Source: an uncultured bacterium (GTDB lineage Bacteria; Sysuimicrobiota; Sysuimicrobiia; Sysuimicrobiales; Sysuimicrobiaceae). From it: a stretch of DNA of 64,000 nucleotides. Of this stretch, positions 28,110 to 35,897 are shown in pieces. Position 1 is the first letter of the stretch, and each line of letters begins with the position of its first letter. The position numbers and the translations under genes are program-made. The notes under the pieces are model-generated. The model worked only from the letters and a program-made list of their open reading frames with translations. It was not told the DNA's origin and did not search any database. Location: assembly GCA_938028835.1 (NCBI GenBank), contig CALIMJ010000038.1:8808-72807 (forward strand), in the 5' to 3' direction.

Positions 28110-28225
28110 AAAGACAGGAGACCGCCCCCGGGCGGCCTCCTGCGTCGGTCGCCTGGACGCCGGTCCGGCGTGCCGCCTAGACCACGGGAGTGTCCCGGCG
28201 GTTCACGCGTGTGCCGGACTGGCTC

Positions 28226-28654
28226 TTAGCGGCGGCCCCCCCGACGGGAGCCGCGCCGCGTGGCCCCGCGCTTGGTGGCCGGCCGGCGGGCCGTACGCCG
28301 CGGAGCCGTCTTGCGGGCCGTGGCCGCCTTCCGCGCAGCCCGACGGGGCGCGGCCTTTTTCGCCGCAGTCTTCCGCGCGGGCTTGCGGGCCGGCTTCTTG
28401 GCGGCAGCCTTCCGGGCCGGCCGGGCGGCTTTCTTCGCGGGCCGCGCGGGCTTGCGGGCCGCGGGCCGGCGCTTGGGTGCCGCCGGCGCGGGCGCCGCGG
28501 GTGCAGGCTCCCCGGGCGCCGGCGTCATGGGCGCTTCCATTTCGCCGTACATGTCCTCCGCCTCCTCGTCCGTCGTCAACGACAGGTCGCCCTGTTCGTC
28601 GAACTCTTCTTCCGCGAGCTCCTCGTGGAATCCTCCTGGGCGGCGTTCCTCCAT
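28226..28654 (-). CDS. Disordered acidic-N / Lys-Ala-Pro-Arg-rich-C protein (histone-H1-like, putative nucleoid/DNA-binding)
   Basis: ATG 28654 after GGGAGG; acidic head (EELAEEEFDEQGDLSLTTDEEAEDMYGEMEAP), then ~90 aa of PAARKPARPAKKAARPARKAAAKKPARKP repeats. Confidence 0.45.
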   Translation of the reverse strand: MEERRPGGFHEELAEEEFDEQGDLSLTTDEEAEDMYGEMEAPMTPAPGEPAPAAPAPAAPKRRPAARKPARPAKKAARPARKAAAKKPARKPARKTAAKKAAPRRAARKAATARKTAPRRTARRPATKRGATRRGSRRGGRR

Positions 28655-29145
28655 GGCCACGCGCCTCCCCCACGAAACCGTCTTTCGGCACGATTCTAGT
28701 ACCCACAACGCCCGGGAGCTATCGGAAGCGTGCGGAAGTGGCTTGCGGTCTGTGCGGATCGCCTTCTGGCGCGACAGCGGTCCGGCCCCCAGGGACCAGG
28801 GGCCTCCTCCCGCCACCACCAGGGCGACGGCACACAGCAACAGGACCGTGTCGAGGACGAAGCCCCCAGGTAGCCGCGGGGCCAGAGCACCCGCAGAATC
28901 GCCACCCCCATCTCCGCGGCCAGCAGGGCCGCCACCGGCCGGGTCACGAGCTTCAGCAGGGGCAGCACTCCGCCTCTCAGTTCCGGCGCGGCCACCGCGC
29001 GCGCCAGCCCCTCAGGCGCCGGGAACCCCGTGGCCACGGCAGACCCACGAAGCGGTCCATGCCCAGTTCAGGTACCCGTAGGGGACGAACACGGTGGCCA
29101 GGGCCACCCGGACCAGCAGGAGGCCGAGATCCGTCCCCACCGCGC

Positions 29146-29621
29146 TCAGTACCCGGAACTCTCCAGGTCCGGGTCGTTGGCCTGGATAGCCCGAAGCAGG
29201 CGGTCGGCCAGCTGACGGTCCAGGCGGCGGAGGGTCTCGTAGCGCTCGGTGGCCTTCTGGCGGTCCCCCATGGCCAGGTACGTCCGGGCCAGGTAGTCGT
29301 GGGCGGGCGCGTAGTCGGGCCGGAGGCTCAACGCGCGGCGGTAGGCGTCCACGGAGCGCTCGTAGTCACGGAGCTTGCGGTACGCGTACCCGAGGTTCGT
29401 CCACGCCTCTACGAACCGGGGTCCAGCCGGACTGCCTGCAGGTACGCGCGGACCGCCTGGTCCCACTGCTGGCGGCGGAAGTGCTCCACTCCCTGCCGGT
29501 AGAACCTCAGGGCTTCCTCGCCCACCCCACCTCCGGGCTCCCCTGCTGGGTCCGCCCCCGCCACAGCGCCCAGGCAGACGACCAGGGCCGCGGTCCACAG
29601 AAGCCTGCGCACAGCCCCCAC
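29146..29621 (-). pseudogene. TPR-repeat secreted protein interrupted by a frameshift
   Basis: Frame A (29409-29621): signal peptide plus first TPR, ending LDPGS*. Frame B (29146-~29420): continues with TPR repeats (AWTNLGYAYRKLRDYERSVDAYRRALSLRPDYAPAH...). The junction at ~29405-29420 needs a 1-nt indel. Confidence 0.55.
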
Positions 29622-29763
29622 CTCCTCTCCGGGGTATGGTGGAGCGTGCGTGCCACGGCTCGGTCACACCCTTACCAACGACGCCGGAGGCCCTAGCTAG
29701 GACTTCCCCGGTCTGGTGGCGACGATCTCTCCCCGGAGCCAGCCCGATCCAGGAGTTCCCAGT

Positions 29764-30852
29764 TTAACTCGCCAGGCCTCGGATCCGGAGCCTCAGGTCG
29801 TTGGGCGAGTCCGCATGCCGCAGCGCTTCCTCCACGGTCGCGAGCCCGCGCTGGATCAAGTCGTACAGGGCTTGATCGAAGGTCTGCATCCCGTCCTGGG
29901 TGCCTGCCTGGATGGCCTGCTTGATGGCCCCCACGTCACCCCTTCGCACCAGCTCCCGAATCCTGGGGGTGGCCACCAGCACCTCCAGCGCGGCCACCCG
30001 GCCGTTCCCGTCAGCCCGGGGGAGCAGCCGCTGGGAGACGATGCCCTCCAGGGTGATGGACAGCCTGTGCAGGATCTCCTGGGTGTGGTCGGGTGGGAAG
30101 AAGGCCAGCAGCCGTTCCAGCGCCTGGGCTGCGTTCATCGTGTGCAGGGTGCTGAGCACGAGGTGACCGGTCTCCGCGAAGTACAGGGCTGCGTCCGCGG
30201 ACTCCCGGTCCCGCATCTCCCCGATGAGCAGGACGTCTGGCGCCTGTCGCAGCGCGGCGCGGAGGGCGTGGTGGAAGGAGGGGGTGTCCGTGGCCACTTC
30301 CCGCTGGCTGACCAGGCTGCGCTTGTCGGGGTGCAGGAACTCGATGGGGTCCTCGATGGTCACGATGTGGCCGTCCTCGTGGGTGTTCCGGTGGTCGATC
30401 ATGGCCGCCAGGGTGGTGGACTTGCCGGAGCCGGTAGGGCCCGTGACCAGGACCAGCCCGCGCCTGCGCATGACCAGGTCCTTCAGGACCTCGGGGAGTC
30501 CGAGGTCTTCGAACGACGGGATGTCGGTCCGGACCCTCCGTGCCACGAGGGCAAGGGTCCCGCGCTGGCGGTACACGTTGACCCGGAACCGCCCCACGCC
30601 GGGCAGGCTGTACGCCAAATCCACGCTGTACTCCTGGCGCAGCTGCTCCAGCTGGCCCGCGTCCAGGATCTCCCGCACCAGGGCCTCGACCGCCGCGGGG
30701 CTGACCTTGGGCGTCTCCAGGGGCTGTAGCCGGCCATGGACCCGGTACGCGGGCGGGGACCCCACCTTCACGTAAAGGTCGCTGGCGTCCCGCTCGGCCA
30801 TACCCCGCAGCAGGTCCGCGGCCCGGAGCTCCGCAGGGGCCGCCGCGCTCAC
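29764..30852 (-). CDS. pilU: PilT-family type IV pilus retraction ATPase (PilU-like paralogue)
   Basis: GTG 30852 overlaps pilT stop (GTGA); Walker A GPTGSGKST, Asp box, Walker B, His box; 362 aa. Confidence 0.8.
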   Translation of the reverse strand: MSAAAPAELRAADLLRGMAERDASDLYVKVGSPPAYRVHGRLQPLETPKVSPAAVEALVREILDAGQLEQLRQEYSVDLAYSLPGVGRFRVNVYRQRGTLALVARRVRTDIPSFEDLGLPEVLKDLVMRRRGLVLVTGPTGSGKSTTLAAMIDHRNTHEDGHIVTIEDPIEFLHPDKRSLVSQREVATDTPSFHHALRAALRQAPDVLLIGEMRDRESADAALYFAETGHLVLSTLHTMNAAQALERLLAFFPPDHTQEILHRLSITLEGIVSQRLLPRADGNGRVAALEVLVATPRIRELVRRGDVGAIKQAIQAGTQDGMQTFDQALYDLIQRGLATVEEALRHADSPNDLRLRIRGLAS

Positions 30853-31943
30853 GGCGTCCCCCACGCGGAGGCCAAAGCCGCAGTGGGGGCTTCCCGGGCG
30901 AAGGCGTGCTTGTCCACCGCCCACCGGTAGGCCACCTCCGCGGTGATCCGGCCCGTCTTCAGCAGGTGCCGCAGGCTCTGGTCCAGGCTCTGCATCCCGT
31001 CCTTCAGCCCCGTCTGGATGGCGGAGGGGATCTGGTGGACCTTGTTCTCCCGGATCAGGTTGCGGACGGCGGGCGTGGCCACCATGACCTCCACCGCGGG
31101 CACCCGGCCGGTGCCGTCCGCGGTGGGCAGCAGCAGCTGCGCGACCACGCCCACCAGGGATTCGGCCAGCTGGACCCGGACCTGGTCCTGCTGGTGGCTG
31201 GGGAACACGTCGATGATCCGGTTGACGGTCTGTGCGGCGCTACTGGTGTGCAGGGTGCTCAGCACCAGGTGGCCCGTCTCCGCCGCGGTCAGCGCCAGGG
31301 CAATCGTCTCCAGATCCCGCATCTCTCCCACCAGGATCACGTCCGGGTCCTCGCGGAGGGCGGCCCGCAGGGCCGCCGCGAAGGACCGGGCGTGCACCCC
31401 CACCTCCCGCTGGTTGACGATGCTGCGCTTGTGCGTGTGCACGAACTCGATGGGGTCCTCCAGGGTGATGATGTGGGCGGTGCGGCGCTGGTTGATCAGG
31501 TCCACCATAGCCGCCAGGGTAGTGGATTTCCCGGCACCGGTGGGGCCCGTGACCACGATGAGGCCCCGGTCCCGCAGGGCCAGGTCCTCCAGCACCGGCG
31601 GCAGACCGAGCTCCCGGATGGTCTTGATGCGCGAGGGGATGAGTCGGAACACCGCCCCCTCGCCCAGCCGCTGGAAGAACACGTTGACCCGAAACCGCCC
31701 CAGGTTCGCGAGCTCCACGGAGAAGTCCAGGTCCAGGTGTTCCTCGAACCGCGCCTTCTGTGCGTCCGTGAGGATGTCGTACACCATGGCGTGCACGTCC
31801 TCCCGGGAGAGGGGGGGCCAGCCCTCTACGTCCACGAGCTCGCCGTTCACGCGGAGCTTGGGTGGCACTCCCACGGTGAGGTGGAGGTCGGAGGCGGCCT
31901 TCTGCTTGGCCAGGATCAGCAGTTCCGTAATGTCCAACGTCAT
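30849..31943 (-). CDS. pilT: Twitching motility ATPase PilT
   Basis: GPTGAGKSTT, HIITLEDPIEF, VILVGEMRD, AAETGHLVLSTLHT; 364 aa; ATGA overlap with upstream gene. Confidence 0.85.
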   Translation of the reverse strand: MTLDITELLILAKQKAASDLHLTVGVPPKLRVNGELVDVEGWPPLSREDVHAMVYDILTDAQKARFEEHLDLDFSVELANLGRFRVNVFFQRLGEGAVFRLIPSRIKTIRELGLPPVLEDLALRDRGLIVVTGPTGAGKSTTLAAMVDLINQRRTAHIITLEDPIEFVHTHKRSIVNQREVGVHARSFAAALRAALREDPDVILVGEMRDLETIALALTAAETGHLVLSTLHTSSAAQTVNRIIDVFPSHQQDQVRVQLAESLVGVVAQLLLPTADGTGRVPAVEVMVATPAVRNLIRENKVHQIPSAIQTGLKDGMQSLDQSLRHLLKTGRITAEVAYRWAVDKHAFAREAPTAALASAWGTP

Positions 31944-33436
31944 CCCTCCAGGACCGGTACGAGGAACTCAGGGGCTACGCGCAGCTCCTCCACGAGGCGA
32001 CGGGCCGAGGCCTCCAAGGGCGCCCCTTGCCCCTGGGCGGGAGCCCACTCGTACGCCACCGCGTGGCTGGAAAAGCCCGTGTACCGGCAGCCCTCGCAGC
32101 CCCCGGGAGAGGCCCAGCGCACGGGGACCTGAGGGGTCGGCCACGGGGGTGGGGCGTGGTGCACCGTGGCGCACCGACACAGTGCCGGCACGGGCACGAC
32201 GGACAGGACCCCGCGGACGGCCACAACCGCGGCTTCCGCACCCACAGCGGCGTGGACATGACGGGCCCGGTAACCCGGCAGGCCCAGGACGAGCCTCTGG
32301 CCCGGCCACCACGCCAGGAGGGGCTGGCGCAGGGCGCTGAGCGCCGGCGTGTCCGCCACCAGGGCGTCGGGACGTGCCTGCTGCCACAGGGGTGCGTCAG
32401 CTTCGGGGCATTCCACCACGCCCGGGATCGGGCGAACCCCACCGGCCCCGGCCAGCACGACGATCCCGCCCCATCGAGAGGCCAGCCGCGCCGCCAGGGA
32501 CCGCAGCAGGCGGGCCCGCAGCCCCGCCTCCGAGCAGGCCACCACCAGAAGCCCGCCCCCGTGCAGAGCCTGGAGGGCGGAGTCCCACACCTCCGCCGGC
32601 AGGCCCACGTCGTCCTGGAGCGGGTCCGCAGGAATCGGGCTGAGTGGGCCCGCCAGCCCTGCTCCCCAGCGCGTCCGGACCGGTCGCAGCGCCGCCTCCA
32701 CCGACCGGTCGGCCAGGACCACCTCGAACGCGAGCACGCCCTGGGAGCCCGCGCGATCCGCCAGTGCAGCGAGGGAGTCCCAAGGGACCTGCGGACCGTC
32801 GGCGGGGAACACTCCCGTAGGGGTGCGGTAGCGGACCCGCACCGTCCTCCCGGGGAGCGGCTCTACGTACACGTGGGTGGCTCCCTTCTGGGCCGCGTTG
32901 CTGAGCGCAAGGCGCAAGGCCAGGTCGTTATTCTGCTCCGGGGGCGGTGCCCCCGCCAGTAAGTCCAGGACCTCCCGGATGTTGGGGGCCAGGGCCACCA
33001 CGGGACAGGGCCGCAGCCCGGTGAGCTGCTGGACTTCCGCCAGCACCCGGTGGTCGGTGGGGTCGGCTAGGGCCATCGCCAGCTCACCCTGAGCTGCGAG
33101 GAGCGGTAGGACCCCGAGCCGGCGCTGTGCTTCCGCCCGCAGCAGCTTGAGCGCCTCGGGATCAACCATGTCGGGCCGCAGGTGTACGTAGGGCAGCTCC
33201 AGCTGCGTGCTGAGGGCCCACGCCACGTCGTCCTCTGTAGCGAAACCGAGGCGGACCAGGGCCTCGCCCAGGCGGATGCCGTGCTGCAGCTGGAACGTCA
33301 CCGCATGCTCCAGCTGCTGCGGGCTGATCACACGGGCCTGGAGGAGGATCTCCCCCAGGGGCCGGTGTGGGGTGGGTACCACGGGTCGGACCTCCACCTC
33401 GCTCGCCAAGGTGGGGTGTAGCAAGTTCCTTGCCAC
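31940..33436 (-). CDS. PilB/GspE-family pseudo-ATPase: N-terminal T2SSE_N/MshEN-like domain, degenerate ATPase core, retained C-terminal tetracysteine motif
   Basis: N-terminus has two 24-residue MshEN-like motifs (PLGEILLQARVISPQQLEHAVTFQ; RLGEALVRLGFATEDDVAWALSTQ). The Walker A position reads LLVVACSEAGLRARL instead of GPTGSGKTT. C-terminus keeps CRC...CEGCRYTGFS. 498 aa, first gene of the pilT operon. Confidence 0.6.
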   Translation of the reverse strand: MARNLLHPTLASEVEVRPVVPTPHRPLGEILLQARVISPQQLEHAVTFQLQHGIRLGEALVRLGFATEDDVAWALSTQLELPYVHLRPDMVDPEALKLLRAEAQRRLGVLPLLAAQGELAMALADPTDHRVLAEVQQLTGLRPCPVVALAPNIREVLDLLAGAPPPEQNNDLALRLALSNAAQKGATHVYVEPLPGRTVRVRYRTPTGVFPADGPQVPWDSLAALADRAGSQGVLAFEVVLADRSVEAALRPVRTRWGAGLAGPLSPIPADPLQDDVGLPAEVWDSALQALHGGGLLVVACSEAGLRARLLRSLAARLASRWGGIVVLAGAGGVRPIPGVVECPEADAPLWQQARPDALVADTPALSALRQPLLAWWPGQRLVLGLPGYRARHVHAAVGAEAAVVAVRGVLSVVPVPALCRCATVHHAPPPWPTPQVPVRWASPGGCEGCRYTGFSSHAVAYEWAPAQGQGAPLEASARRLVEELRVAPEFLVPVLEG

Positions 33437-33509
33437 CCCGGGTAGCCGATTGGGTTCTAGCCGACCGGCGGCGACGCGGGCCGTGTGTTCGCGGAAAAGG
33501 TCCGGGGAC

Positions 33510-33584
33510 TGGCTCCGGCGGTAGGACTCGAACCTACAACCCCCTGGTTAACAGCCAGGTGCTCTACCATTGAGCTACGCCGGA
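33510..33584 (-). tRNA. tRNA-Asn (anticodon GTT)
   Basis: Manual cloverleaf: acceptor UCCGGCG/CGCCGGA, anticodon loop CUGUUAA, T-arm GTAGGTTCGAGTCCTAC, discriminator G plus CCA. Confidence 0.85.
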
Positions 33585-33662
33585 ACGCGCGGGCAACGCG
33601 CCCTCCATCTTACGCGGGGCGGGGTGCGGTGTCAAAGGGGGCCGGTGAGGGAGGTGAGGTGC

Positions 33663-34802
33663 GTGAGCCGGTCGGAGGTGGCAGCGAACGCCCTGGTGGC
33701 GAGCCTGGTGGTGGCGGCCACCTACGGCGTGCTGTGGTTGCTGGTCCGGATCACCGACATCCTGGTCCTGGTGCTCATCTCGGCGATCCTGGCCTCTGGA
33801 CTGGCTCCCACGGTGACCCGCCTCGAACAGACGCGGGTGGGACGCCGCAGCCTCGGCCGCGCGTGGGCCATCGCGTTGACGGTGGTGGGGGTCCTGATGG
33901 CCGTGGGGCTGATGGTGAGCGTGCTGGTGACCCCCCTGGTCCAGCAGGCGGGCGCCTTCTTCGACCGGCTGCCGGAGTACGTACAGGAGGCGGAGGAGTG
34001 GCTGCGGCAGCTGCGGGTGCGCTACCCGTGGGTACCGGACGCCAGCCGTTGGGTGGCCCGGCTGCCGGAGGAGGTGCAGAACGTCGTGCAGTACTTCGGC
34101 CCCGCCGCGGGCGTGTTCGGGCGGTTCGTGGGCGGGCTGTTCACCGCCACCACGGTCCTGGTGCTGGTAATCTACATGCTCATCGAGGGGCCGCGGCTGA
34201 AGCAGGGGTTCGTGCGGCTTTTCCCACCCTCTCAGCGGCCACTGGTGGTGCAGGTGCTGGACGGGGTCGCGGCCAAGTTCAGCGGCTGGGTGCGGGGCAC
34301 CTTCCTGATGGGTTTTTCCATCTTCGTCATGGCCACCGTAGGGCTCATCCTCCTGGGCATCCCGTATCCCTTCGTCCTGGGGCTCGCAGCAGGCGTGGCG
34401 GAGCTCATCCCGGTGGTGGGGCCGTTTTTGGGAGCGGTACCGGCGGTGCTGGTGGCGCTGTTCCAGCCCACGTGGAAGCTGGTGGGGGTGGTGGTGCTGT
34501 TCGTCTTGGCGCAGCAGATCGAGCAGAACGTGCTGGTGCCGCGGATCATGAGCCGCGCGGTGGGTCTTTCCCCCATCCTCGCCATCTTCGCCTTGTTGGC
34601 GGGAGGGGCGTTGATGGGCGCGGTGGGGGTGCTGCTGTCCATCCCGGTGGCCGCGGCGCTGCAGGTGGTGGCCACGGAGGTGGTCCGGGTGGTGCTGCCG
34701 TACACCCGGTCGGACGTCTACGTGCTGGAGGACGCCGCGGACCCCGGCCGTCCCGCGGCCGGGACCGGGGCCGGCCACGAGGGAAGCGCCGGCCGGACCT
34801 AG
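33663..34802 (+). CDS. AI-2E family transporter (PerM/YhhT, UPF0118)
   Basis: GTG after GGGAGGTGAGG; 8-TM pattern and the GLAAGVAELIPVVGPFLGAVPAVLVA signature region; start codon approximate. Confidence 0.65.
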   Translation: MSRSEVAANALVASLVVAATYGVLWLLVRITDILVLVLISAILASGLAPTVTRLEQTRVGRRSLGRAWAIALTVVGVLMAVGLMVSVLVTPLVQQAGAFFDRLPEYVQEAEEWLRQLRVRYPWVPDASRWVARLPEEVQNVVQYFGPAAGVFGRFVGGLFTATTVLVLVIYMLIEGPRLKQGFVRLFPPSQRPLVVQVLDGVAAKFSGWVRGTFLMGFSIFVMATVGLILLGIPYPFVLGLAAGVAELIPVVGPFLGAVPAVLVALFQPTWKLVGVVVLFVLAQQIEQNVLVPRIMSRAVGLSPILAIFALLAGGALMGAVGVLLSIPVAAALQVVATEVVRVVLPYTRSDVYVLEDAADPGRPAAGTGAGHEGSAGRT

Positions 34803-35890
34803 GGCGGAGGTTCCAGCAGGCCGAACGCGCGCCATGCCTCCAGCTTGCCCCGTACCCGGCGGATCACCTCGTCGGTGAACTCCGTAGTGGTGGCCGCACC
34901 GCCCAGGTCTGGGGTGCGCACGCCGTCCTGTACGGCCTCGAAGGTGGCCTCGTAGATCGCACGGGAGGCCCGGGCCGCCGCCGAGTCACCCAGGTACGAT
35001 AGGGCGGCCGCGGTGGCCAGGATCATGGCCATGGGGTTGGCCAGGTTCTTGCCGTACAGGCGCGGGGCCGTCCCGTGGGGCGCCTCCGCGAGCGCCACCC
35101 GCACCTGCAGGTCGTCGTCCAGGGCCAGGACCACCGACTCCGCCCCCGCGATGCTGCCGAACATCTGCAGCACGAGGTCCGACAGGGTGTCCCCGTCGCG
35201 GTTCAAAGCCGGAATGACGAGCGCTTCCCCAGTGGTCTGCAGCAGCAGCGCGTACACCGCATCGATCAGCTGCGGCTCGTACGGGACGTCCGGGTGGCGT
35301 CGGGCCGCGGCGTCCAGTTCCTCCTTCAGCAGGCCCTCGTAGGTGGGGCTGACGGTATACTTCGGCCCCCCAAACACCTTTGCCCCCATGCGACGGGCGT
35401 GCCGGAAGCTGAACTCCGCCACCACCCGGCAGGTCCGGCGGCTCACCCGGGTGGTGCGGTACGCCACCTCCTCTAGGCCCTCGCCTTCCCTCCACTCCCG
35501 CGCGCCGTAGGCGTCTTCCACGGCCATGCGCACCACCGCGATGGGCGCCAGCACGCCCGCCAGGGGGCGCACCCCCGGGATCCGGCGGCCGGTGCGGAGG
35601 ATCACCTGGGCCCCGATGAGCTCCCGCAGCAGGGCGTTGGGGCTACCGACGTCGCCCGGTGCCTCCGGGGTCGTGGTGGCCGCCTTGAGGCCCACCCGAT
35701 GTCGGCGCAGGGCTTCCGCGGCCTCGTGCACCACGCGGTTCCCCGTGGCCCGGCGGTGCGCGAGACTCAGGTTGAACCGCACCAGGTGCAGGGGGAAGCC
35801 GCACACGCCGGGTTCCAGCAGCCGCAGGGCTTGCTCCAAAAGCTCCTGGCCCGTGAGGTCGCCTTCCAGGACGACGAGGCTCAGGTCCAT
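34799..35890 (-). CDS. Isocitrate/isopropylmalate dehydrogenase family protein
   Basis: ATG 35890; beta-decarboxylating dehydrogenase motifs (NLANPMAMILATAAALSYLGD); 363 aa. Confidence 0.7.
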   Translation of the reverse strand: MDLSLVVLEGDLTGQELLEQALRLLEPGVCGFPLHLVRFNLSLAHRRATGNRVVHEAAEALRRHRVGLKAATTTPEAPGDVGSPNALLRELIGAQVILRTGRRIPGVRPLAGVLAPIAVVRMAVEDAYGAREWREGEGLEEVAYRTTRVSRRTCRVVAEFSFRHARRMGAKVFGGPKYTVSPTYEGLLKEELDAAARRHPDVPYEPQLIDAVYALLLQTTGEALVIPALNRDGDTLSDLVLQMFGSIAGAESVVLALDDDLQVRVALAEAPHGTAPRLYGKNLANPMAMILATAAALSYLGDSAAARASRAIYEATFEAVQDGVRTPDLGGAATTTEFTDEVIRRVRGKLEAWRAFGLLEPPP

Positions 35891-35897
35891 CGTACCT

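Noticed and set aside
28696-29037. 113-aa minus-strand ORF between the KAPR-repeat gene and the TPR pseudogene
   Set aside because: It has a hydrophobic N-terminal half, but the C-terminal half is nonsense overlapping the extended frame of the neighbouring gene. There is no RBS and its start is a GTG inside a GC run. Too weak to call
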